Shown here piece after piece: positions 25,943-34,476 of a stretch of DNA of 64,000 nt. Position 1 is the first letter of the stretch, and each line of letters starts with the position of its first letter. Under the pieces are notes generated by a model, which was given only the letters and a program-made list of their open reading frames with translations, did no database searches and was not told the DNA's origin. A program made the position numbers and the translations under genes. Source of the DNA: a bacterium (GTDB lineage: Bacteria > Patescibacteriota > Patescibacteriia > Patescibacteriales > UBA12465); NCBI GenBank assembly GCA_030696105.1, contig JAUYNJ010000005.1, forward strand, positions 13,678-77,677. Reading direction: 5' to 3'.

Positions 25943-26026
25943 GCCCGGATGGCGGAATTGGTAGACGCGCTAGCTTCAGGTGCTAGTCTCCGCAAGGAGG
26001 TGGGGGTTCGAGTCCCCCTTCGGGCA
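25943..26026 (+). tRNA. tRNA-Leu (anticodon CAG), type II long variable arm, CCA not encoded
   Basis: Hand-folded cloverleaf. Acceptor GCCCGGA/TTCGGGC; anticodon stem CTAGC/GCTAG with loop TTCAGGT; 15-nt variable arm; T arm GGGGG-TTCGAGT-CCCCC; discriminator A. Confidence 0.9.
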
Positions 26027-26041
26027 CTGATAAATAATATA

Positions 26042-26115
26042 GGTCGTTTAGCTCAGCTGGTTAGAGCGCTGCATTCACATTGCAGAGGTCAGTGGTTCGA
26101 GTCCACTAACGACCA
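26042..26115 (+). tRNA. tRNA-Val (anticodon CAC), CCA not encoded
   Basis: Acceptor GGTCGTT/AACGACC; D arm GCTC-AGCTGGTTA-GAGC; anticodon stem CTGCA/TGCAG with loop TTCACAT; T arm AGTGG-TTCGAGT-CCACT. Confidence 0.9.
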
Positions 26116-26122
26116 CAAAAAA

Positions 26123-26160
26123 AGAGGGGCTTCATGTTTTACCATGAGCCCCTTTGTTGT
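26123..26160 (+). terminator. rho-independent terminator after the tRNA pair
   Basis: Long stem AGAGGGGCT(T)CATG/CATGAGCCCCTTT with one bulge, followed by a T-rich tail. Confidence 0.6.
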
Positions 26161-26380
26161 GGCACCGCTCGGATTCAAAAAGCAGCAACTAAAAAAATCG
26201 AGCCTGACCGCAACTAAAATCTTAACTTCTGCTGGATAATTATACTATTAAATTCTGAACCTGTCAATAGCTTTGCTAAGACCTGCTATTAGGCTGAAAT
26301 CACCACATTTTCCTGCTTAGATTAGATTTTTTCTGACTTTATGGTAAAATGTGAGAGTCACACTTCATAATTACAATTAT

Positions 26381-26863
26381 ATGAATAAAAATCATTTATT
26401 CTTAATACTCGGTATCATAATTATTGTCTCAGCGCTTATTTTGCGTATTACCAAGCAAGCACACGAGAGTCCAGTCACTCCAGTTGCTGCCCCGATTGTA
26501 AATGAGCCACCGGCCACTTCGACTGACTCAGAGAAAGCGCCTGTCGAAGTTGAATTATTTACCCCAGAATTGAATGGCCTAGTTAGCAGTCCTTATACCG
26601 TGTATGGTCGCGCTCATGGATCCTGGTTCTTTGAGGCTGTTTTGCCTGTTGTGCTTACCGATGCTCGCGGCACTGTCTTAGTGCAAACATATGGGACAGC
26701 GATTGGTGACTGGATGCTTGATGGTTGGGTTGAGTTTACTTCGGATCTAGAGTTCGACGCCTTTGGCGCCGAAAGTGGATATTTAATCATTAAGAAAGAT
26801 AATCCCTCTGGCCTACCGGAACATGATGCGCAAGTGTCGTTCCCGGTTCGTCTGGCAGAGTAA
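26381..26863 (+). CDS. membrane-anchored Gmad2-type immunoglobulin-like domain protein
   Basis: N-terminal TM (LFLILGIIIIVSALIL), then LVSSPYTVYGRAHGSWFFEAVLPVVLTDARGTVL...GWVEF...GYLIIKKDNPSG. ATG 26381 is preferred over the GTG at 26351. Confidence 0.7.
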   Translation: MNKNHLFLILGIIIIVSALILRITKQAHESPVTPVAAPIVNEPPATSTDSEKAPVEVELFTPELNGLVSSPYTVYGRAHGSWFFEAVLPVVLTDARGTVLVQTYGTAIGDWMLDGWVEFTSDLEFDAFGAESGYLIIKKDNPSGLPEHDAQVSFPVRLAE

Positions 26864-26864
26864 T

Positions 26865-27686
26865 ATGAAGATAGATTACTTACCCGACCTGGTGCCGGGG
26901 CAAACAATTGACCTCGATAAATTTAACAGGCCACCAAGACTCGAAACCGATAAATTGCAACAGTTGTTTAAAGAACGCCTGGCTGTCAAGAGCTTGGAGT
27001 ACAATAATCAGTTCGGTCGGGAGTGGCTTAATAGCGATGGCTCAGTCAAACATTTTGACCACCCAGACCGAGCAGAAGATGAGCGTTTAAATGCTATGCA
27101 AGAAGAGCAGTGGGCCAAGGAGATGGGCAAAAGTGTTGAGGAGTGGCGCTTAGCTAAGGAACGTGCCCCTGCAACTTTAACGGAAATGGCTTTGACTATT
27201 TTACTACAGCGGTTACTACCAGAGCGTTTTATGATTGTTCGAAGCTCTGCTTACGATGATTATAATAATGGTGTTGATCAGTTAATTATTGATAAGGAGA
27301 CGGGCTTAGTTGTTTGTGGTATCGATGAGGTTATTGAAAATGTGAACAAGCCTGGACCCGGTATGAAGGAAGAGAAAGTTAGAAACAAGATGCTTAATGG
27401 TGGTGCGGAAGTAAAGTACGGTGCTCGCGTTGTCGAGGGCGAATTGATTTTAGGGGACATTGGTCGCGTGCCGGCATTTTATATTTCTCTTAGTAAGTCT
27501 GATTTAGTTAAGCTGGGAGCAGCCTTAGCGGAGGAGTCGCCGACTGACTTTGAAAAAGCTTTATTACGCGATGTTAAAGCTTCTTTACAAGCTCAGGCCC
27601 GCTCCTATGGGAGTTTGAATTTGTCGCGGAATTTGAGAAAAAGCTTGAATACATTCACAGCCACTCTCGAGAGTTGGGCTACCTAA
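26865..27686 (+). CDS. hypothetical protein (no recognised family)
   Basis: 273 aa from ATG 26865, 1 nt after the upstream stop. Soluble, with ordinary composition. The ORF track start at 26823 overlaps the upstream gene. Confidence 0.6.
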   Translation: MKIDYLPDLVPGQTIDLDKFNRPPRLETDKLQQLFKERLAVKSLEYNNQFGREWLNSDGSVKHFDHPDRAEDERLNAMQEEQWAKEMGKSVEEWRLAKERAPATLTEMALTILLQRLLPERFMIVRSSAYDDYNNGVDQLIIDKETGLVVCGIDEVIENVNKPGPGMKEEKVRNKMLNGGAEVKYGARVVEGELILGDIGRVPAFYISLSKSDLVKLGAALAEESPTDFEKALLRDVKASLQAQARSYGSLNLSRNLRKSLNTFTATLESWAT

Positions 27687-27690
27687 ATTT

Positions 27691-29106
27691 ATGGAATTAT
27701 TTTTATACAATACTCTGAGCTTGCAGAAAGAAAAGTTTGAGCCGATTAAAAGCGGTGAGGCCGGTATTTATACTTGCGGACCGACGGTTTATAATTACGC
27801 GCATCTTGGTAATCTCCGCACCTATCTCTTTCAGGATTTTTTGGTGCGCACCCTGGCTTATAAGGGTTATAAAGTAAAAAGAGTGATGAATATCACTGAC
27901 GTCGGGCATCTTAGTGGCGATGGTGATATGGGAGAGGATAAGATGGAGAAAGGCTCAGCACGCGAGGGTCGCAGCGCTTGGGATATTGCCGCTTATTATA
28001 CCGACGCTTTTAAAGAAGACATGGATCTGCTGAATATGATTGCGCCTGATGTTTATTGCCGGGCGACCGATAACATTCCCGAACAGATTGATTTAGTTAA
28101 GCAATTAGAGGCGAAGGGTTTTACCTATGTAACCTCCGATGGTGTTTATTTTGATACGGCGAAGTTTCCGGACTATAACCGTTTAAGTCATCTGCCCTTG
28201 GAAGAGTTGAGGGAGGGCGCGCGCGTGGAAAAGAACCCTGAGAAAAAAAATCCGACAGACTTTTCTTTGTGGAAGTTTTCGCCGATTGGTGAAAAAAGGC
28301 AGATGGAGTGGGAGTCACCTTGGGGACTTGGTTTTCCTGGTTGGCACCTTGAATGTTCAGCTATGAGTTTAAAGTACTTAGGTGAACAAAGAGATATTCA
28401 TTGTGGCGGCATTGATCACATTAACGTGCACCATACTAATGAAATTGCCCAGAGTGAGGCGGCGACCGGTGAAACTTTCTTTCGCTATTGGTTACACGGT
28501 GCTTTCTTAAATATTGCCGGCGGGAAGAAGATGGCAAAGAGTGAGAATAACTATTTAACTGTTGCTAACGCTTTGGTTAATAAAGAAATTAATCCGCTCG
28601 CTTTCCGTTACGCCACTTTGCAAGTGCATTATCGCAAGCCGATGGATTATAGTGAAAATAACTTGCGTCAAGCCGAACAGGGCCTGAATTCACTTTATCG
28701 ACAGATTGCAGCGCTTGGTTCTGATATTGGCGAGGCGGGAGCAGGGGCAAAAGATGAGTTTGTGGAAGCGATTACCGATGATTTAAATATGCCGGTTGCT
28801 CTCTCAGTATTATTTAAGATTTTGAAATCAGAAATGCCAATGCCAGCAAAACTGGGAGCGGCTCTGGACTTCGATCGCGTTTTAGGGCTGAACCTCGCTT
28901 CGGCCATCAGCCGTTTCGAAGAAACGGCACAAAAGCTCGAATTACCAGAGGAGGTGAAATGCTTACTGGCCGCTCGTCAGAAGGCGCGACAAGAAAAAGA
29001 CTGGGAGAAAGCCGACGCCTTACGGGTCGATATTACCAATCTTGGTTATAACCTAACTGATGGCCCCGAGGGGCAGCAGGTTGAATTAATAAATCATGAA
29101 GAATAA
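27691..29106 (+). CDS. cysS: cysteine--tRNA ligase
   Basis: 471 aa class I synthetase. CGPTVYNYAHLGNLR (HIGH region) and KMAKS (KMSKS). Confidence 0.93.
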   Translation: MELFLYNTLSLQKEKFEPIKSGEAGIYTCGPTVYNYAHLGNLRTYLFQDFLVRTLAYKGYKVKRVMNITDVGHLSGDGDMGEDKMEKGSAREGRSAWDIAAYYTDAFKEDMDLLNMIAPDVYCRATDNIPEQIDLVKQLEAKGFTYVTSDGVYFDTAKFPDYNRLSHLPLEELREGARVEKNPEKKNPTDFSLWKFSPIGEKRQMEWESPWGLGFPGWHLECSAMSLKYLGEQRDIHCGGIDHINVHHTNEIAQSEAATGETFFRYWLHGAFLNIAGGKKMAKSENNYLTVANALVNKEINPLAFRYATLQVHYRKPMDYSENNLRQAEQGLNSLYRQIAALGSDIGEAGAGAKDEFVEAITDDLNMPVALSVLFKILKSEMPMPAKLGAALDFDRVLGLNLASAISRFEETAQKLELPEEVKCLLAARQKARQEKDWEKADALRVDITNLGYNLTDGPEGQQVELINHEE

Positions 29107-30067
29107 CTTCTGGGAGAAATTAAAAAAGAATGGTAGGCCAATTCTGGCGCTCGCCCCAATGGCAGGCTTCACAGATGAGCCTTTCCGACAAATCTGCTCC
29201 GCTTACGGGGCGGATGTTGTTTATAGTGAGATGGTCTCGGCGACCGCTTTATATTATCAGCGCGAAAAAGAAGATAACGAAACTTTGCGTTTGTTGAAAT
29301 GGAATGAAGCCAGGGAGGGCAAGTACGTCGTGCAATTGTTTGGTTCAAATCCTGATCACTTTGCAGTTGCAACGAAGATTGTGACAGAAAAGATAAAACC
29401 GCATGGTATCGATATTAATTTTGGTTGCCCGGTCGGTAAGGTTTTAAAGCAGGGAGCTGGCGCTGATTTAATGCGCAATCTATCGCAGGCACGCGCAGTT
29501 ATCGAGGCGACACTGGCGAATACCAGCTTACCAGTTTCTGTAAAAATTAGAGCGAAGTCTAGTGACGTCGATGCGGTCGCCTTTTTAAAGAATATTTCAG
29601 ATCTTAAAGTTGCCGCCCTAATGATTCATGGTCGCACCCTTAGTCAAGGTTTTGCTGGTGAGCCCGATTACGCGATTGTTAATAAGGTGCGTCCGCATTT
29701 CAAGGGTGTTATTTTAATTAACGGTGGTATTAATGACCGTGAGACCGCGGAGCGAGCTTTAGCTGAAAGCGGGGCTGACGGCCTTGGCCTGGGCAGAGGT
29801 GCTTTAGCACGGCCCTGGTTATTTGCAGAACTGAAAGAGGGAAGAGATATTGTGTATGGACAGACTGAAATAATATCCTTATTATATCGTCATGCTAAAC
29901 TAATGAGTGAACTTAAGGGCGAGGGTGCTCTAGTTGAGTGGCGTAAGCAAGCTTGCTGGTGTGTGCAAGGATTGCCCAGCGCCAGCCGTCTCCGCAGTCG
30001 TTTAGTGCAGGTGTCGAGTTTGAATGATGTTACAAATATATTACAAGAATATGGTCTTAACGATTGA
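29096..30067 (+). CDS. dus: tRNA-dihydrouridine synthase
   Basis: 323 aa. LAPMAGFTDEPFRQI and INFGCPVGKV. Overlaps the cysS end by 11 nt. Confidence 0.9.
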   Translation: MKNNFWEKLKKNGRPILALAPMAGFTDEPFRQICSAYGADVVYSEMVSATALYYQREKEDNETLRLLKWNEAREGKYVVQLFGSNPDHFAVATKIVTEKIKPHGIDINFGCPVGKVLKQGAGADLMRNLSQARAVIEATLANTSLPVSVKIRAKSSDVDAVAFLKNISDLKVAALMIHGRTLSQGFAGEPDYAIVNKVRPHFKGVILINGGINDRETAERALAESGADGLGLGRGALARPWLFAELKEGRDIVYGQTEIISLLYRHAKLMSELKGEGALVEWRKQACWCVQGLPSASRLRSRLVQVSSLNDVTNILQEYGLND

Positions 30068-30428
30068 TACCGGCCTTGACCCCTATATTCAAGTCTCACT
30101 TGAAAGTAAAGGGAAGAAGCTTACAAAGAAAATTAAAGCCGAGCGCAGTCAGGCGGAAAAATTACTTCCAACTATCGAGGCGCTTTTTAAACGTGAGCAA
30201 GTCACTTGGAAAAAAATAAAACTGATTCGCGTGAATGATGAGGGTGGTAGTTTTACCTCTTTACGCATCGGTGTTTTAACTGCGAACGCTTTGGCCTATG
30301 CTTTGCAAATTCCCATTGAAGCGATGTCTGGGAGTAAGGTTTATAAGTTTAAAGGCGGTCAGGTCGTGAAACCTCGGTACCAAAGTGAGCCGAATATTGG
30401 CACGCCCAAGAAAAGAAGCTGGGGATAA
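30051..30428 (+). CDS. half-size TsaB (YeaZ)-like protein, N-terminal ASKHA half only
   Basis: MVLTIDT...LPTIEALF...IRVNDEGGSFTSLRIGVLTANALAYALQIPI resembles the TsaB N-terminal half. About 125 aa against ~230 aa for TsaB. Confidence 0.55.
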   Translation: MVLTIDTGLDPYIQVSLESKGKKLTKKIKAERSQAEKLLPTIEALFKREQVTWKKIKLIRVNDEGGSFTSLRIGVLTANALAYALQIPIEAMSGSKVYKFKGGQVVKPRYQSEPNIGTPKKRSWG

Positions 30429-30451
30429 CTTTTTCACAATTATTACTAAGG

Positions 30452-30485
30452 AAAGACCATTTTGTAAAAATATGGTCTTTTTTTA
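30452..30485 (+). terminator. rho-independent terminator
   Basis: AAAGACCAT/ATGGTCTTT stem, 11-nt loop, T run. Confidence 0.6.
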
Positions 30486-30517
30486 AAATTTCCCTTTATT
30501 TTTAGTGCTTTTTTGTG

Positions 30518-30546
30518 TTGACCAAAGGGTCCTAGTGGTGTATAAT
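30518..30546 (+). promoter_or_regulatory. sigma-70 type promoter of the mraZ (dcw) operon
   Basis: TTGACC (30518-30523), exactly 17 nt spacer, TATAAT (30541-30546). Confidence 0.6.
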
Positions 30547-30557
30547 TAAAGCATTAA

Positions 30558-30583
30558 GGTGAAAAGTGGGGAACAATGGTGAA
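30558..30583 (+). promoter_or_regulatory. three phased GG(T/G)GAA boxes, candidate MraZ operator
   Basis: GGTGAA at 30558, GGGGAA at 30568 and GGTGAA at 30578, giving an exact 10-bp period just downstream of the -10 element. Confidence 0.45.
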
Positions 30584-31052
30584 TGACCTTGTCGACACTT
30601 TATCCACCGTCACACGCATTATGTTTATCGGTGAATACAATCATAATCTTGATGACAAGGGTCGCATCGCGATCCCGGCGAAGTTTCGTGCGATTTTAAA
30701 GAAGGGCGCAGTCGTTACCAAGGGTTTGGACGGCTGTTTATTTTTATACGCTAAAGAACAGTTTGAAACTATCGCTCAGAAGTTTGCGGCTTTGCCGATA
30801 AGTCAGACAAATGCTCGCGCCTTCTCTCGTCACATGCTAGCTGGCGCTATGGCCGTTGATTTTGATAATCAAGGACGCATCACTTTACCTGATTACCTGC
30901 GCAAATTCTCCGGCTTGAAGAAGGGGGTTATTATCGCTGGTTTATATAATCATTTAGAAATCTGGGATGAAGATGCTTGGAATAATTACAAGCAAGCAGC
31001 TGAACAAAATAGTAATAGTATCGCTGAAACACTAGGGGACTTAGGAATCTAA
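30576..31052 (+). CDS. mraZ: transcriptional regulator MraZ
   Basis: Two SpoVT/AbrB-like repeats with DDKGRIAIPAKFR and DNQGRITLPDYLR. The canonical N-terminus MFIGEY starts at ATG 30621, an alternative start. Confidence 0.92.
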   Translation: MVNDLVDTLSTVTRIMFIGEYNHNLDDKGRIAIPAKFRAILKKGAVVTKGLDGCLFLYAKEQFETIAQKFAALPISQTNARAFSRHMLAGAMAVDFDNQGRITLPDYLRKFSGLKKGVIIAGLYNHLEIWDEDAWNNYKQAAEQNSNSIAETLGDLGI

Positions 31053-31054
31053 GT

Positions 31055-31996
31055 ATGTCCTATGAACATATCCCGGTCATGTTGCCGGAAGTACTCTCAA
31101 TCTTAAATCCTAAACCGGGTGAAACGATAATTGACTGCACTTTAGGTGGAGCCGGTTATACGCTAGCAATCTCGTCAGTAGTTGGTAAAAAGGGAAGAGT
31201 AATTTCACTTGACGCTGATCAGATGGCGATAGATAACGCTAGCAACTTATTAGCAGAAAAGGGAATTAAAAACGTTACACTTGTTCATGAGAATTTTAAA
31301 AACGTGGCCGCTGTCGTCGCTGAGCATACATCCGGACAGGCTGATGGTATCGTCTTTGATCTTGGTTTGTCCTCTGCCCAGTTGTCTGATGAAACTCGTG
31401 GTTTTTCCTTCCAGGGAGAGCGACCACTCGATATGGCCTTCGGTGCCGGCGAAGCACAAAGCACTCAACACCTGCTCAACTCTTCCTCGCTATCAGATCT
31501 CACCGCCATCTTTCGTGAGCTCGGAGAAGAGCCTCAAGCCTATAAGCTAGCTAAAGAGATAATCACTGCTCGTAAAATAAAACCACTACGCACCACCAAA
31601 GATTTAGTTGATATCATTTTAAAAATTACACCACCCCGTTATAAAGCCACCAGTATTCATCCTGCCACCAGAGCCTTCCAGGCCTTACGTCTTGCGACTA
31701 ACGATGAGCTTGGCAGCTTAAGAACTGCTTTGCATGACTCAAGTGAAATTTTGAAGATTGGTGGACGCATCGCTGTTGTATCTTTCCACAGCGGCGAAGA
31801 CCGTATTGTTAAACAATGGATGAAACACGAAAGCACTGACTGTATCTGTCCCTCAACTGCTCCGGTCTGCGTGTGTGGACATTTAGCTTCAATTAAGCCG
31901 CTGACTAAGAAACCGCTCATACCAAGCTCTGAGGAAAGTAGCAATAATCCTCGAGCCCGCAGCGCAAAGCTACGGGGAGCCGAAAAAATTCGATAA
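31055..31996 (+). CDS. rsmH: 16S rRNA (cytosine1402-N4)-methyltransferase RsmH
   Basis: 313 aa. HIPVML, DCTLGGAGYT, FDLGLSSAQL and SFHSGEDRIVK. Confidence 0.93.
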   Translation: MSYEHIPVMLPEVLSILNPKPGETIIDCTLGGAGYTLAISSVVGKKGRVISLDADQMAIDNASNLLAEKGIKNVTLVHENFKNVAAVVAEHTSGQADGIVFDLGLSSAQLSDETRGFSFQGERPLDMAFGAGEAQSTQHLLNSSSLSDLTAIFRELGEEPQAYKLAKEIITARKIKPLRTTKDLVDIILKITPPRYKATSIHPATRAFQALRLATNDELGSLRTALHDSSEILKIGGRIAVVSFHSGEDRIVKQWMKHESTDCICPSTAPVCVCGHLASIKPLTKKPLIPSSEESSNNPRARSAKLRGAEKIR

Positions 31997-32002
31997 TTTT
32001 CA

Positions 32003-32374
32003 ATGAGTATATATACCCGCGACGGGCTAATCAGTAAAAATATGATGATTCATTCACGACAAATCAAAAAACAGAAGACGAGAAGTGCCTCATTCTCATG
32101 GAAGGCGATCAGTATGTTTCTAAGCCTTGCCTGTGTCGTTTTCGGCTTTGTCTACCTCGTTGGGATGAACGACCTCATCGTTAAAGGTTTTGCTCTTAAA
32201 GATTTAAAGAGCCAGGCCAACATGCTTGCGCAGGAGAATCAAGACTTGCAGGCGAAGGCACTTACTCTGCAATCTTATGCCGTTCTCTCCCCACGGTTAA
32301 AGGGGCTAAACATGGTACAAGTGGATGATGTTGCTTATTTCATCCCCCAAACGCCGATAGTTGCTAAGAAATAA
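32003..32374 (+). CDS. FtsL-like cell division protein (single TM plus coiled coil)
   Basis: 123 aa. TM (ISMFLSLACVVFGFVYLVGM) followed by a short heptad region. Called from its position between rsmH and ftsI. Confidence 0.55.
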   Translation: MSIYTRDGLISKNMMIHSRQIKKQKTRSASFSWKAISMFLSLACVVFGFVYLVGMNDLIVKGFALKDLKSQANMLAQENQDLQAKALTLQSYAVLSPRLKGLNMVQVDDVAYFIPQTPIVAKK

Positions 32375-32388
32375 GCTTACAACCAGAT

Positions 32389-34467
32389 ATGTGGAGAGAT
32401 AATAGGCAGAATAAACCACTAAACCATAATACCAACCCTCGTTTGCGCCTCTTTGCGGCGCTTATTTTTTTATTGTTAGGAGCAATTGTTTATCGTTTAT
32501 ATTATTTACAAATTTTGCAGGGTGATTGGTTTACAGCTCTTGCCAGCGGTCAGCACCAGATTTCAAGTCGCCTTCAGCCGGAGCGTGGCAAAATTCTACT
32601 GCACGAGCGCGACACCGGTCAGGCACAACAGCTATATCCACTTGCAACGAATAAAGATTTCTCTTCTTTATATGCTGTTCCTAAAGATATTGTTGATCCC
32701 GCTGGTATGGCGGAGAAGTTATTCGAGCACTTCGACAAGCCGGTTTTAGAGAATCAGCTCAAAACTCAAATGGAAAAAGACGAGCAAAATCGCCTGCTGC
32801 GTGAAATTGATGCGATTAGAGCCTCTGAGTATAGCGAAGAAGATAAGGCGGCACGCATCCGGGCGGCTGAAGATTTAGCCGCGAGCAAGAAAAAAGAACA
32901 GGACTGGGTCGAGCTGAGGGGAATTGCGCTTGAGCGCCTGATTAAAGAAAGAAAACAAGAGTTGCTTGATACCTATTTAAAACGAGTTGATAAGCCCGGT
33001 GATCCCTATGAGCCTTTAAAAGAAAAATTGTCTGACGACGAGCTCGTCGCAGTTTATGCGGCCCTGGCCAGTACCCCGGAAAGAACCATTCAAGCTTCTG
33101 AGCTCGAACGTCGGCTAACTAAAGTTGTCTTTAGGGAGGATGGCAGCGAGCTTAAGATTGAAGGCATCGGTTTTAATTTAAAGAGTTATCGCTTTTATCC
33201 AGAAAATAGTATCGCCGCCAATATTATTGGTTTTGTTAATTATATTGATGATGAAGGCAAGGGCAGATATGGCCTGGAAGAGTTTTTCAATGAAGAGTTG
33301 GCGGGTAAGTCCGGATATCTGAAGGGTGAAAGAGGTGTGAGCAACACGCTTATCGTTAATGACCGTGAATATGTGCGTCCAGAAGCAGGTAGTGATTTAG
33401 TGCTAACAATGGATAGGGGTGCGCAGTTTATGGCCTGTGATGCCTTAGAGGCAGCCGTAAAGAAGCATAAAGCAGAAGGCGGGACCGTTATCGCTGTAAA
33501 TGCCAAGACGGGCGCGATTCTAGCGATGTGCTCAGTGCCGACATTCAATCCTAATGACTATCGAAATGTGACCAATCTTGAGAATTTTAATAATCCAGCC
33601 ATTTTGTATCAGTATGAACCGGGCTCGGTGTTTAAAGTGATTACCATGGCCGCGGCCATTGATCAGGGGAAGGTGTCCCCGAGCACGACGTATAAGGATG
33701 AAGGGTCAATTATGATTACCGGCTGGCACAAACCGATTAGTAATTCTGATTACAGCACCAAGGGCGCGCACGGTATTGTTGATATGAACGCTGTGTTAGA
33801 AATGTCGCTGAATACTGGCGCTATTTTCGCGATGAAACAAATTGGCCCGAAGACTTTCTCTGAGTACGTAATTAATTTCGGTTTCGGTGAAAAAACAGGT
33901 GTTGAGCTTGGCTCGGAAAGTCGAGGACATATTGAGAATTTACTAAAAAATAAAGTAAAAGAAATTGATGCGGCAACCGCATCATTCGGACAGGGAGTCG
34001 CCGTTACGCCTTTACAGATGGTGATGTCATATCAAGCCCTCGCTAATCAAGGGGTATTAATGAAACCCTACATCGTGAAAGAGATTCATCATGATGATGG
34101 GCGTATCGTTGAATTTAAACCGCATAAAGTCAGGTCTGTTGTCAGCGCGCAAACAGCCAATACCGTTTTAGCGATGATGGTTAACGTTGTCGAAAGCGGA
34201 CATGCTCAGGGTGCTAAAATTGAAGGCTATTATATCGGAGGCAAGACGGGCACTGCTCAAATTGCGACTGTCGGTGGTTACAGCGCCGACAAATACATTC
34301 ATACTTTTATCGGCGTTGCCCCAATTGACAATCCGCAGATTGTAATGTTGACTAAGATAGATGCTCCGCAAGGAGCAAAGTATGCGGAAAGTACAGCCGT
34401 GCCGCTTTGGCATGATGTGGCTGACTTTCTCTTAAATTACTATCAAGTGCCGAAAACAAGAAAATAA
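32389..34467 (+). CDS. ftsI: class B penicillin-binding protein / FtsI-type transpeptidase with charged insertion in the N-terminal module
   Basis: 692 aa. TM anchor, SxxK (GSVFKV), SxN (SNS) and KTGT. About 150 aa of Glu/Lys-rich insert (aa ~100-250). Confidence 0.88.
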   Translation: MWRDNRQNKPLNHNTNPRLRLFAALIFLLLGAIVYRLYYLQILQGDWFTALASGQHQISSRLQPERGKILLHERDTGQAQQLYPLATNKDFSSLYAVPKDIVDPAGMAEKLFEHFDKPVLENQLKTQMEKDEQNRLLREIDAIRASEYSEEDKAARIRAAEDLAASKKKEQDWVELRGIALERLIKERKQELLDTYLKRVDKPGDPYEPLKEKLSDDELVAVYAALASTPERTIQASELERRLTKVVFREDGSELKIEGIGFNLKSYRFYPENSIAANIIGFVNYIDDEGKGRYGLEEFFNEELAGKSGYLKGERGVSNTLIVNDREYVRPEAGSDLVLTMDRGAQFMACDALEAAVKKHKAEGGTVIAVNAKTGAILAMCSVPTFNPNDYRNVTNLENFNNPAILYQYEPGSVFKVITMAAAIDQGKVSPSTTYKDEGSIMITGWHKPISNSDYSTKGAHGIVDMNAVLEMSLNTGAIFAMKQIGPKTFSEYVINFGFGEKTGVELGSESRGHIENLLKNKVKEIDAATASFGQGVAVTPLQMVMSYQALANQGVLMKPYIVKEIHHDDGRIVEFKPHKVRSVVSAQTANTVLAMMVNVVESGHAQGAKIEGYYIGGKTGTAQIATVGGYSADKYIHTFIGVAPIDNPQIVMLTKIDAPQGAKYAESTAVPLWHDVADFLLNYYQVPKTRK

Positions 34468-34476
34468 GAGAAAAGT

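Noticed and set aside
25949-26239. 96-aa plus-strand ORF in the track
   Set aside because: It is read straight through tRNA-Leu, tRNA-Val and their terminator hairpin. The sequence is fully explained by the RNA genes.
26165-26330. A third tRNA, tmRNA, RNase P RNA or SRP RNA in the spacer after tRNA-Val
   Set aside because: I could assemble no cloverleaf, no T-loop GTTCRANYC with matching stems, and no conserved RNase P, SRP or tmRNA signature strings. The region is kept only as an unexplained spacer in the findings.
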